Shown here: piece after piece, positions 12,088-22,050 of the stretch
How the letters are laid out: each line of letters opens with the position of its first letter
Numbering within the stretch: the stretch's first letter is position 1
DNA from: Escherichia coli
GTDB taxonomy: Bacteria > Pseudomonadota > Gammaproteobacteria > Enterobacterales > Enterobacteriaceae
Strand: one strand, 5' to 3'
Assembly (NCBI RefSeq): GCF_013122565.1
Contig: NZ_CP053258.1
DNA length: 64,000 nucleotides
Made by a program: the position numbers and the translations under genes
The notes under the pieces: model-generated
What the model was told of the DNA's origin: nothing
Databases searched by the model: none
The model's input: only the letters and a program-made list of their open reading frames with translations

Positions 12088-12754
12088 TCCTTCCTCAATC
12101 TTGAGTAACCCCGTCGTTGCAGGGTTACTCAATTCGTCCTGATTATACGCACTGTCATGGTGCAATTGCTTCAAATTAAAACTCTGGTCTGACTTCAAAT
12201 AATTATCATATTATTTATCTGCGTAACGGGATACCAGAAAAAATATTTACCCTATTAATTTATTAGGATGTTTACATCGGATTTTTGATTAAGCGTGGTA
12301 TTATTTATTAGCGAAACGTTTCTCTCTTGATTTTTTTACTCATTCATCAATTTTTCTTATTTTAAATTTACAATACCTTTGGGATTGACTTCTCTTTGGG
12401 GTAATTGATAGCCGTTAACTGCCTGTTTTATGAGAAAAAGTAATATAACTTTTTATTCATTGCATAGCAGAAAATGTGATATTGCACGCACTATGTAATA
12501 ACTTCTCCCACTGGCCTGGAACAACTGAACTTATTGAACTATGTTAGAAAATACGCCAGTTTAAGTATCTGTCTGAACTGGCAAGGTTAAGCACAATGAT
12601 ATATCGGCGCGTATTCCGTTGCATAAGTGTGCAAAAAAAGTGGAAGACGTATCGAGATTTGTGCGTCTGATCGAGACATGTTTAAAAATGGCTTGCCATA
12701 ATTAACGTTGTATGTGATAACAGATTTCGGGTTAAACGAGGTACAGTTCTGTTT

Positions 12755-12898
12755 ATGTGTGGCATTTTCAGTAAAGAAGTCCTGAGTAAACACGTTGACG
12801 TTGAATACCGCTTCTCTGCCGAGCCTTATATTGGTGCCTCATGCAGTAATGTGTCAGTTTTATCTATGTTATGCCTGCGGGCGAAGAAAACAATCTAA
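12755..12898 (+). CDS. yobF: Small protein YobF, 47 aa, co-transcribed with cspC
   Basis: ATG at 12755 translates to [47 protein letters not shown]; stop 12 nt before the cspC start. Below the ORF-track size cutoff. Confidence 0.85.
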
Positions 12899-12910
12899 GG
12901 AATTTTTCAA

Positions 12911-13120
12911 ATGGCAAAGATTAAAGGTCAGGTTAAGTGGTTCAACGAGTCTAAAGGTTTTGGCTTCATTACTCCGGCTGATGGCAGCAAAGACGTGTTC
13001 GTACACTTCTCTGCTATCCAGGGTAATGGCTTCAAAACTCTGGCTGAAGGTCAGAACGTTGAGTTCGAAATTCAGGACGGCCAGAAAGGTCCGGCAGCTG
13101 TTAACGTAACAGCTATCTGA
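12911..13120 (+). CDS. cspC: Cold-shock-family protein CspC
   Basis: 69-aa [40 protein letters not shown] with RNP1/RNP2 cold-shock motifs. Confidence 0.95.
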
Positions 13121-13166
13121 TCGAATCCACTGATCTGAAGTGTGAATACGCTTCAATCTCGCTATA

Positions 13167-13193
13167 AAGCCTCGTCGAATGCGAGGCTTTTTA
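13167..13193 (+). terminator. Rho-independent terminator downstream of cspC
   Basis: Stem gcctcg / cgaggc with 7-nt loop followed by a T5 run. Confidence 0.65.
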
Positions 13194-13285
13194 CTTTGCT
13201 TTATCTTCGCTCCAGTCGTTCGGATATTTGCCCGCCGCGTGATTCGCGTTACACTTGCGGCCTTTAGTATCCTGCCGGAGTTGTC

Positions 13286-14095
13286 ATGTCGTTTTCCTGT
13301 CCACTTTGCCATCAGCCTCTTTCGCGTGAAAAAAACAGCTATATCTGTCCCCAGCGACATCAGTTTGATATGGCGAAAGAAGGGTATGTCAATCTGCTGC
13401 CCGTTCAGCATAAACGGTCTCGTGATCCGGGCGACAGCGCGGAAATGATGCAAGCACGCCGCGCATTCTTAGATGCCGGACATTATCAGCCGCTGCGTGA
13501 TGCAATTGTCGCCCAACTGCGGGAACGGCTTGATGATAAGGCCACGGCGGTGCTGGATATTGGCTGTGGTGAAGGGTATTACACACACGCATTTGCCGAT
13601 GCGTTGCCCGAAATCACCACCTTTGGCCTGGATGTCTCGAAGGTAGCGATAAAAGCGGCGGCGAAACGCTATCCGCAGGTCACTTTTTGTGTCGCTTCCA
13701 GCCACCGTTTGCCGTTTTCCGATACCAGTATGGACGCCATAATACGTATTTACGCGCCGTGTAAAGCAGAAGAATTAGCGCGAGTAGTGAAGCCCGGCGG
13801 TTGGGTCATTACTGCCACGCCGGGACCGCGACATTTGATGGAGCTGAAGGGGCTGATTTACAATGAAGTACATCTTCATGCACCTCATGCAGAACAACTG
13901 GAAGGTTTTACATTACAGCAGAGTGATGAGTTGTGTTATCCGATGCGTCTTCGCGGTGATGAAGCCGTCGCATTATTGCAGATGACGCCGTTTGCCTGGC
14001 GTGCGAAGCCAGAAGTCTGGCAAACACTGGCAGCAAAAGAAGTGTTCGACTGCCAGACGGACTTTAATATTCACCTCTGGCAGCGTTCTTATTAA
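13286..14095 (+). CDS. rlmA: 23S rRNA m1G745 methyltransferase RlmA
   Basis: 269-aa ORF starting [28 protein letters not shown], with N-terminal Cys4 zinc motif and SAM-MTase motif [10 protein letters not shown]. Confidence 0.9.
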
Positions 14096-14658
14096 CCGTG
14101 GAAGTGCGTCCAGAGGATCTGGACGCCGATGCCGATCAGCACCAGCCCGCCGAGAATTTCCGCTTTTTTCCCAATAATTGAGCCGATAAAGCGACCAACC
14201 ATCATCCCTAATGTCGACATAATCAAGGTTGCACAACCAATGGCCAATGCGGTCGCGATAATGTTGACCTGAAGGAAAGCAAGACCAACACCCACAGCCA
14301 TGGCATCCAGGCTGGTGGCAATCGCGGTGGTTACCAGTAGCCAGAAACCGTGTCGACGGCGCGGTTCTTCATCTTCATCATCTGCGCCACGAAACCCCTC
14401 AATAATCATTCGCCCGCCGAGAAATATCAGCAGAACAAACGCAATCCAGTGGTTCCATTCAAGGACAAATCGGCTGGCTAACATGCCCATTCCCCAGCCG
14501 ATCAGCGGCGTCAGGGTTTCGACGGCACCAAAAATAAGGCCGGTTCGCAATGCTTCAGAAAATTTCGGTTTATGGAGGGTGGCACCTTTACCGATTGATG
14601 CAGCAAATGCATCCATCGACATACCAAACGCAAGAAGAACAGTAGCAGTGATATTCAT
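14092..14658 (-). CDS. mntP: Manganese efflux pump MntP
   Basis: ORF 14092-14901; start trimmed to [25 protein letters not shown] (188 aa). The upstream 243 nt of the ORF call is leader, not coding. Confidence 0.9.
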
Positions 14659-14779
14659 GACAACGTCCTGACCGGGGTATCCATAAAACACATCATCGCC
14701 CCCAGCAAACATGCATACATGAACAACAAGCCGCGATGGGTTTTCGCGTTCATGCAGGCATAGCGATTGATGTGCATAT

Positions 14780-14890
14780 GGTCTCGCCTGACTGAAAGTC
14801 TTCAGTCCGTACGTGCCACGTTTTGCAACGAGTATGTTGACACGTACATTTCCGGAATCTGGAAATTGGCTACTCCCCAAATGAGGGCGC
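14780..14890 (-). ncRNA. yybP-ykoY manganese riboswitch aptamer in the mntP 5' leader
   Basis: Minus-strand RNA contains GGGGAGUAGC (complement of 14869-14878) and GUCAACAUAC (complement of 14832-14841), both characteristic of the yybP-ykoY class, upstream of mntP. Confidence 0.6.
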
Positions 14891-15087
14891 AACCTTAACA
14901 TATTTTGAGAATATAAAACAACTGTTGGAATATATTATTTTATTGCTTTGTTGATAACGATTTTCATTTAGATTTATATATCAATGAAACGTTAAAATAA
15001 ATAACAAATAAGGGAAGAGGTAATATAGCCTAAGCTATGTCTGATTATTAAAAACACACTAAACATAGCTTTGGGTAAATTCATAAG

Positions 15088-15546
15088 TTATTGAGTTGAT
15101 ACGAGAAGCTTATAAAATTTTTCCAGATCGTCGATATTTCGAACGCGGATTAACAGCCGACGCTGTTCTAATTGCATCACCAACACGCCATCTTCCGACA
15201 AGTTTATCGCTTTGATTCGGCTATATTCAATCCAGACATTGGCGAAGAAAAAACCTTTTTGGTTAAAGATGATCTTCGGAACGCGGATCCAGAATATATA
15301 AAAACCCATCAGAGCCAGTGCGCTTAATAACCATGTCGTTATTAACGCACCATGATTCGTGACGTTGTTATAGATAAGAATGACAATCAATCCGACGAAG
15401 ATAACGCTATCGATGCGACCACGCCGGAGCAAAGGAATTGCCAGCAGGGTGGGGCCGTTACGGCGGGGCATGATGAACTGATCGTAGATCGCGAAGGCCA
15501 GGAGTGCGGCGATGAAAAGAATTAGTACCAGGTCCGTGATTGTCAT
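15088..15546 (-). CDS. yobD: UPF0266 inner membrane protein YobD
   Basis: 152-aa ORF starting [30 protein letters not shown]. Confidence 0.85.
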   Translation of the reverse strand: MTITDLVLILFIAALLAFAIYDQFIMPRRNGPTLLAIPLLRRGRIDSVIFVGLIVILIYNNVTNHGALITTWLLSALALMGFYIFWIRVPKIIFNQKGFFFANVWIEYSRIKAINLSEDGVLVMQLEQRRLLIRVRNIDDLEKFYKLLVSTQ

Positions 15547-15557
15547 TAATCCTCCAG

Positions 15558-15584
15558 ATAAAAAAACGGGGCCAAAAGGCCCCG
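15558..15584 (-). terminator. Rho-independent terminator downstream of manZ
   Basis: Stem cggggcc / ggccccg with aaaa loop; the plus-strand A-run 15559-15566 gives a U-run after the hairpin on the minus strand. Confidence 0.6.
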
Positions 15585-15600
15585 GTAGTGTACAACAGTC

Positions 15601-16461
15601 TTACAGTCCCAGCAGGCCGCAAGCGTAACCAGCGATACCGATGACGAAGAAGCCAACGATGATCCACAGCGGGTTAACTTTTTTGCGCAACAGCCACATA
15701 CAAGCAAATGTCAGCAGCAGTGGCACAAGGCCTGGCATTAACTGGTCCAGAATAGTCTGGACGGTAGTAACGTGTTCTTTGCCCGTCTGGTCAGTAATGC
15801 GAGAGACAACCAGCGGGATGTTGACATGTGTCCACTTGTTAACTAATGCCCCCATGACAAACAGGCCGAGGATAGACGCCCCTTCCGTCAGTTTTTGCAG
15901 GAAGCCACCACCCATATCTTTAACGATATCGATACCTTTGGAGTAACCATACGCTACGCCGTAGTAACGGGTTGCCAGACGCACCAGGTTAAACAGGATG
16001 AAGAACAGCAGCGGACCTAACAGGCTGCCGCTCATCGCGATACCGGCACCCAGCGCTGCAAATACCGGACGTACGGTTCCCCAGAAGATCGGGTCGCCTA
16101 CGCCAGCCAGCGGCCCCATCAAACCGACTTTGATACCGTTGATAGCACCGTCATCGATCTCTGCGCCATTAGCACGCTGTTCTTCCAGCGCCAGGGTTAC
16201 GCCGAGAATCGGCGCAGCCACGAACGGCTGGGTGTTAAAGAACTCCAGGTGACGGCGAATAGCTTGTTTACGAGCTTCGTTGTTCTCAGGGTAGAGGCGA
16301 CGAATTGCCGGTACCATAGAGAAGCAGAAACCCAGTGCCTGCATACGTTCGAAGTTCCATGAACCCTGGAAGAGGTTAGAACGCAGGAAGACGCCACGAA
16401 TATCACTTTGAGTGAGTTTTTTCTCGGTGGTAGTTTGAGTTGTATCAACCATTTCGCTCAC
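15601..16461 (-). CDS. manZ: Mannose PTS EIID component
   Basis: 286-aa ORF starting MSEMVDTTQTTTEKKLTQSDIRGVFLRSNLFQGSWNFERMQALGF. Confidence 0.95.
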   Translation of the reverse strand: MSEMVDTTQTTTEKKLTQSDIRGVFLRSNLFQGSWNFERMQALGFCFSMVPAIRRLYPENNEARKQAIRRHLEFFNTQPFVAAPILGVTLALEEQRANGAEIDDGAINGIKVGLMGPLAGVGDPIFWGTVRPVFAALGAGIAMSGSLLGPLLFFILFNLVRLATRYYGVAYGYSKGIDIVKDMGGGFLQKLTEGASILGLFVMGALVNKWTHVNIPLVVSRITDQTGKEHVTTVQTILDQLMPGLVPLLLTFACMWLLRKKVNPLWIIVGFFVIGIAGYACGLLGL

Positions 16462-16464
16462 CTG

Positions 16465-17265
16465 TTAGTCCAGTTCGTTATCGAGATCGTTGTTACCAGC
16501 AGCCTGAGCAGGCGCACCGGCTACGCGGTTGTATTTCGGGCTAAGTTGGATGTAGAGCACTGCCATAACAGTACCAATCACACCCAGAGCAACCAGGTTA
16601 AAGTTGGTGAATGCTGCGGTTACGAAGCCGAGGTAGAAGAACGGCATCAGGTAGCCAGCACGCATCATGTTGATAACCATCGCATAACCAACCACCACGA
16701 TCATGCCACCGGCGATATTCAGACCATTGGTCACCACTTCCGGAATCGCATTCAGCATGTTCTGTACTTCGCTTGTACCAACAGACAGCGCAACGATGAC
16801 GGCCGGAATAGCCACACGCATTGCTTGCAGGAGCAGAGAAGAAACGTGGATCCAGGAAATCGCTGTCAGGTTGCCGTTATCAGCAGCCTTATCCGCAGCG
16901 TGCTGGAAAGCAACGGTGATAGTACGAACGATGATGGTCAGTACCTGGCCCGCAGCGGCCAGAGGGATTGCCAGTGCAATACCTGCACCAATGCTCTGAT
17001 GACCTGCGATAACCAGAATGGTAGAAATGATAGATGCCAGAGCGGCGTCAGGCGCAACTGCAGCACCGATGTTCATCCAGCCCAGCGCGATCATTTCCAG
17101 CGTACCACCGATAATAATACCGGTTTTCATATCCCCAAGAACGATACCCACCAGGGTACACGCGATTAGCGGACGGTGAAACTGAAATTCATCGAGGATT
17201 GATCCCATACCTGCGATACAGGCTACGATAAATACCAGCACAATTTGAAGAGTGGTAATCTCCAT
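16465..17265 (-). CDS. manY: Mannose PTS EIIC component
   Basis: 266-aa ORF starting MEITTLQIVLVFIVACIAGMGSILDEFQFHRP. Confidence 0.95.
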   Translation of the reverse strand: MEITTLQIVLVFIVACIAGMGSILDEFQFHRPLIACTLVGIVLGDMKTGIIIGGTLEMIALGWMNIGAAVAPDAALASIISTILVIAGHQSIGAGIALAIPLAAAGQVLTIIVRTITVAFQHAADKAADNGNLTAISWIHVSSLLLQAMRVAIPAVIVALSVGTSEVQNMLNAIPEVVTNGLNIAGGMIVVVGYAMVINMMRAGYLMPFFYLGFVTAAFTNFNLVALGVIGTVMAVLYIQLSPKYNRVAGAPAQAAGNNDLDNELD

Positions 17266-17327
17266 TGTACTTCTCCTGTTTACGTAAGACTAAAGTGTGA
17301 AAACTGAGTGATAATCAACACAATACG

Positions 17328-18299
17328 TTACTTATCGATTTTGCTGATCAGATCCATCATTTTCAGTTTCGGATCGGTGGAAACCTTACGGACTTCCAGC
17401 TCAATACCGCGCGCATTCAGTTTCTTGAACGCCTCGATATCTTTTTCATCAACCGAAACCGCGTTATTCACCTGGGTTTTACCCTGACGGAATGCCATAC
17501 CACCAACGTTAACAGAGGTGATTTTCACGCCGCCTTCAACGAGACGCTCTACATCTGTTGGGTTGGTAAATAACAGCATTACACGTTCGCCAGCATATTT
17601 CGGGTTGTTGTAGACGCGAATCATTTTGGCAACATCAACTACGTGTGCTGTTACGCCCGGAGGTGCAACCTGGGTGAGCAGTGTCTTACGAACGGTATCC
17701 GCAGCCACTTCATCACTAACAACAATAATACGGGAGACATTGGTTTCTTTAGTCCAGCGGGTGGCGACCTGACCGTGAATCAGACGGTCGTCGATACGCG
17801 CAAGGCCAATAACCATGTAGTCGTTTGGCCCCATTGGTTTTGCCGGAGTTGGAGCCGCTTTTGGTGCTGCCGCAGCGGGTGCTGGCGCGGCCTTTTCAAC
17901 CGGTTTGGCTTTCAGTGCTTTCACGCCTTCACGGCCTGTTTCTACTGCCAGCGCAACCAGTTCATCAAAGCTTGGGTCATCATCACGGGCCATTAACGTT
18001 TCCACGAGCATTGGAATGTTAACGCCTGCAATGACTTCATAATGCTCTTTGTCGACGACAATGCGGCTGGCAGCATTGAACGGGCTGCCTCCCCATGTAT
18101 CAACGAGAAACAGCACGCCTTTAGTGGTGTCGAGTTTTGCCAACTGAGCGTTGTACTTTTCAATCAGCGTTTCGGCATTTTCACCTGGAACGAAATCGAT
18201 CCAGCCAACGTTTTCCTGCTCGCCTAACAGCATTTCTGCCGTTTTAAGCAACTGCTCTGCAGCCCAACCATGTGTGCCTATAACAATAGCAATGGTCAC
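17328..18299 (-). CDS. manX: Mannose PTS EIIAB component
   Basis: 323-aa ORF starting MTIAIVIGTHGWAAEQLLKTAEMLLG, with Ala/Pro-rich linker between IIA and IIB. Confidence 0.95.
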   Translation of the reverse strand: MTIAIVIGTHGWAAEQLLKTAEMLLGEQENVGWIDFVPGENAETLIEKYNAQLAKLDTTKGVLFLVDTWGGSPFNAASRIVVDKEHYEVIAGVNIPMLVETLMARDDDPSFDELVALAVETGREGVKALKAKPVEKAAPAPAAAAPKAAPTPAKPMGPNDYMVIGLARIDDRLIHGQVATRWTKETNVSRIIVVSDEVAADTVRKTLLTQVAPPGVTAHVVDVAKMIRVYNNPKYAGERVMLLFTNPTDVERLVEGGVKITSVNVGGMAFRQGKTQVNNAVSVDEKDIEAFKKLNARGIELEVRKVSTDPKLKMMDLISKIDK

Positions 18300-18500
18300 T
18301 TGCTACCTCCTTTATTATCGTTAACACCTCAACGTGCCAGATGTATTTTTGAATCGTCGTCCACAATCGAATCGATTCAGATAAGGGCTACAACCAAAAA
18401 CCCCTGCGTTTCGCGATTTATTTTAGATATCGAAAAAATTATTTTATGTGATGAAGATCCGTAATTTAACTTTCGATTAGCAGAAATTTCGAAAGGTAAA
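18300..18500 (-). promoter_or_regulatory. manXYZ promoter region (expected CRP/Mlc control)
   Basis: AT-rich 462-bp divergent region between manX and yoaE, containing TGTGA-type CRP half-sites and AT-rich repeats; individual operators not resolved. Confidence 0.35.
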
Positions 18501-18761
18501 ATATCCTTGTCACATTCGTTTGCAAAGGAAGGTAAATCTTTGCCAAATCAGAGGCGTCTCTGATATGTTTAACTCCCGTTTAACAACCATGGAGTATAGG
18601 GCAGTAGCCCGCAGTATGGATCGTCACCGACGTCATTTCAGCATCAGGCCTTTTAACGCCTGCCTTTCTGGCACTCTATGCCGCACCTTTCGTTTGCATT
18701 TTGTCGTTACGCCTGCATTATTTCTGGCGTCGAATAGCTATTCCTTAAGCAGGAGCTTGTC

Positions 18762-20318
18762 ATGGAATTCTTAATGGACCCCTCAATTTGGGCGGGGCTA
18801 CTCACGCTTGTTGTTCTCGAAATTGTGCTGGGTATCGATAACCTGGTCTTCATCGCCATTCTTGCTGACAAACTGCCGCCAAAACAACGCGATAAAGCGC
18901 GTTTGCTGGGGTTATCACTGGCGCTGATTATGCGTCTGGGACTGCTGTCGCTGATTTCATGGATGGTCACGCTGACCAAACCGCTATTTACCGTCATGGA
19001 TTTCTCCTTCTCCGGACGCGACCTGATTATGTTGTTCGGGGGGATATTCTTGCTGTTCAAAGCAACAACCGAACTGCATGAACGGCTGGAAAACCGCGAT
19101 CATGATTCCGGCCACGGTAAAGGCTACGCCAGTTTCTGGGTGGTCGTCACACAGATTGTCATCCTTGACGCCGTCTTCTCGTTGGATGCGGTAATTACTG
19201 CAGTAGGGATGGTTAACCATCTGCCGGTGATGATGGCGGCGGTAGTGATTGCGATGGCGGTTATGTTGCTGGCATCCAAACCGCTGACGCGATTCGTTAA
19301 CCAGCACCCCACGGTGGTGGTGCTCTGTCTGAGCTTCCTGTTAATGATTGGTCTGAGTCTGGTGGCAGAAGGTTTCGGTTTCCACATTCCGAAAGGTTAC
19401 CTGTATGCCGCGATTGGCTTCTCGATCATCATCGAAGTGTTTAACCAGATTGCGCGTCGCAACTTTATTCGTCACCAGTCGACTTTGCCGCTGCGAGCGC
19501 GTACTGCCGATGCCATCCTGCGTTTGATGGGCGGGAAACGTCAGGCCAATGTTCAGCACGATGCCGATAACCCGATGCCGATGCCGATCCCGGAAGGTGC
19601 ATTTGCCGAAGAAGAACGTTACATGATTAACGGCGTACTGACGCTGGCGTCGCGTTCTCTGCGCGGGATCATGACGCCGCGCGGTGAAATAAGCTGGGTT
19701 GACGCTAATCTCGGGGTCGATGAAATCCGCGAGCAGCTGCTCTCCTCACCGCACAGCCTGTTCCCGGTATGTCGCGGTGAACTGGATGAAATCATCGGAA
19801 TCGTACGTGCTAAAGAACTGCTGGTGGCGCTGGAAGAGGGCGTTGATGTGGCGGCGATTGCTTCGGCGTCTCCGGCGATTATCGTCCCGGAAACCCTCGA
19901 TCCGATCAACCTGTTGGGCGTGCTGCGTCGTGCTCGCGGGAGCTTTGTTATCGTGACCAACGAGTTTGGTGTGGTACAAGGTCTGGTCACGCCGCTGGAT
20001 GTGCTGGAAGCCATTGCGGGTGAATTCCCGGACGCTGACGAAACGCCGGAAATCATTACTGATGGTGACGGCTGGCTGGTAAAAGGCGGTACAGATTTGC
20101 ATGCCTTGCAGCAGGCGCTTGATGTTGAGCACCTTGCCGATGACGATGATATCGCGACGGTCGCGGGCCTCGTGATCTCGGCAAATGGTCACATTCCCCG
20201 TGTGGGCGATGTGATTGATGTAGGGCCACTGCATATCACCATCATTGAAGCCAATGATTATCGTGTTGATCTGGTTCGCATTGTTAAAGAGCAACCGGCG
20301 CACGATGAAGATGAGTAA
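18762..20318 (+). CDS. yoaE: TerC-family membrane protein with CBS and CorC domains
   Basis: 518-aa ORF starting [39 protein letters not shown]; AGGAG SD 6 nt upstream. Confidence 0.9.
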
Positions 20319-20321
20319 GCG

Positions 20322-21920
20322 TTAACGTAACGGCATAATGGGTGTGATATGTCCATTATGCCGGGCGGGCGGCGGTTGGCTGCCCGCCAGCCATTTGGGA
20401 AAATCACGTAGTGGCATCGGCTGTGCGTACAAATACCCTTGCAAAATATGCACGCCATGACGGCGCAAATATTTCGCCTGTTCTTGCGTTTCCACACCCT
20501 CCGCCACCAGTTCAATATTCAGTCTTTGCCCCAGTGCGATGATGATATCGGTCACCGTCGAGTTAACCGCGTCAGAACCTATAGCTGCGGTAAATGACTT
20601 ATCAATTTTCAGCACGTCAGGACGTAATGTTTCAAGCCAGGAAAATGAACTGTTGCCGGTGCCGAAGTCATCAATCGCCAGTTTGACGTTTTTACGATGT
20701 AGCTCGCGGGCAATCCGATAATCAACATCCAGTAAGGCATCGCGTTCGGTGATTTCGAGGATCAGTTGCTGAATCGGGTGAGCGCTAAACCAGTACTGAT
20801 TGAGATCTTTTATCAGCACACCACGGCGAAAATGGCTGGGTGCGACGTTAATACCAACATGAAACTGACTACTCATCGGGAAAACATGGCGCTGACGAAT
20901 GGTTTCTGCCATCACATAGCGGGTCAGTGGCACAATTAAATGATGTTCTTCCGCGATAGGAATAAACACATCCGGCGAAATCCAGCCCTGACGCGGATTG
21001 TTCCAGCGCAGCAAAATCTCTACACCAATACATTGTTGGCTGCGCGCATTAAGCAAAGGCTGACAGAACAATTCGAACTCATGTTGCGCCAGGCCCAGAT
21101 TGATTTCGCGGGAAAAGCTCATCCGGTAAGCGGTCGCCAGCCAGGCGATGTAGCCCACCAGTAAACTTAGCAGCACCGCCAGCGGTAATTGTGTTGGAAG
21201 ATAGTGCCATGCCAGCGCCGTAGCCCCCGGACCATTAACGTTAATGGTAAAAGGAAAGCGTTGCGAAGAAACCTGATAGTTTTCATTGTCTTCAGGTTGC
21301 GGAAGGGAATCTACCAGCCCATTACCATAGAGCAAATGCCGATTGTCCACCGTCAGGCTGGCGCTACTGATTTGCGGCAGTTGTGGCTCAAGGAGCATTG
21401 TCGTCAGTAAGTCGATGTTAATCATCTCCATGACCCCAGCATTGCTACTGCCCGTTGCAGGCGTCCATTGAATCAAAACCGGACTGCCTTTAATCAGGGC
21501 ACGGTCGGTTGTCAGTCGTAAAAGTGGTTGCGGTGCAGGAAGTTCAGCCAGAATGTCCACGACGGGCACATTGCGATAACCAAAAATGCTGGAGCAATAG
21601 AGTGTGCCGTCTTGCACCAGGCCAATGGATCGCACAGTTTGGAGTTTTGCCGCCTGTTTACGTAATGGCAAATGGGCGACAGAGCAGGGCAGACCAATCA
21701 GCGGAAGCAAGACTTCGCTACCTGCCTGTAGGGGAAGCAGTACTTTATCTAATTCTTCTACAGCGTGATTGGCGAATTGTACTACTCGTTGTTGATTTAA
21801 GTTACGCTGTGAAATAAATCGCACGCTCAGGGTCGAAGCGAGCGTAACGAGTGCGCAAATCGTACAAACAATCATTCGATTACGGCGATAGGTTTTAATG
21901 ATCCGTTGTGCTTTTTGCAT
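20322..21920 (-). CDS. pdeD: c-di-GMP phosphodiesterase PdeD (YoaD), CSS-motif sensor plus EAL domain
   Basis: ORF 20322-21950; start trimmed to MQKAQRIIKTYRRNRMIV (532 aa); EITE and DDFGTG EAL motifs. Confidence 0.85.
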   Translation of the reverse strand: MQKAQRIIKTYRRNRMIVCTICALVTLASTLSVRFISQRNLNQQRVVQFANHAVEELDKVLLPLQAGSEVLLPLIGLPCSVAHLPLRKQAAKLQTVRSIGLVQDGTLYCSSIFGYRNVPVVDILAELPAPQPLLRLTTDRALIKGSPVLIQWTPATGSSNAGVMEMINIDLLTTMLLEPQLPQISSASLTVDNRHLLYGNGLVDSLPQPEDNENYQVSSQRFPFTINVNGPGATALAWHYLPTQLPLAVLLSLLVGYIAWLATAYRMSFSREINLGLAQHEFELFCQPLLNARSQQCIGVEILLRWNNPRQGWISPDVFIPIAEEHHLIVPLTRYVMAETIRQRHVFPMSSQFHVGINVAPSHFRRGVLIKDLNQYWFSAHPIQQLILEITERDALLDVDYRIARELHRKNVKLAIDDFGTGNSSFSWLETLRPDVLKIDKSFTAAIGSDAVNSTVTDIIIALGQRLNIELVAEGVETQEQAKYLRRHGVHILQGYLYAQPMPLRDFPKWLAGSQPPPARHNGHITPIMPLR

Positions 21921-22007
21921 GCGGGCCACCCTGTAAGCGTATGGCGACAAACGCCTGACGCAACAGTGGAAGTGTAGTGGGGAAAATTACAGCAGACGAG
22001 AAAGCGG

Positions 22008-22040
22008 GGATAAATTCGCCCATCCGTTGCAGATGGGCGA
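22008..22040 (-). terminator. Putative terminator downstream of sdaA
   Basis: Stem cgcccatc / gatgggcg with 7-nt loop just past the sdaA stop; the U-tract is weak. Confidence 0.45.
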
Positions 22041-22050
22041 GTAAGAAGTA

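Noticed and set aside
12587-12793. 68-aa minus-strand ORF in the yebO-yobF AT-rich spacer
   Set aside because: AT-rich low-complexity translation, overlaps the yobF start on the opposite strand, no SD.
14659-14901. 5' extension of the mntP ORF call (81 extra codons)
   Set aside because: The extension covers the riboswitch leader; the MNITAT start gives the expected 188-aa MntP.
16408-17169. 253-aa plus-strand ORF inside manY
   Set aside because: Antisense to the mannose PTS IIC gene; His/Cys/Asn-rich, typical of reverse-frame translation of a membrane protein gene.
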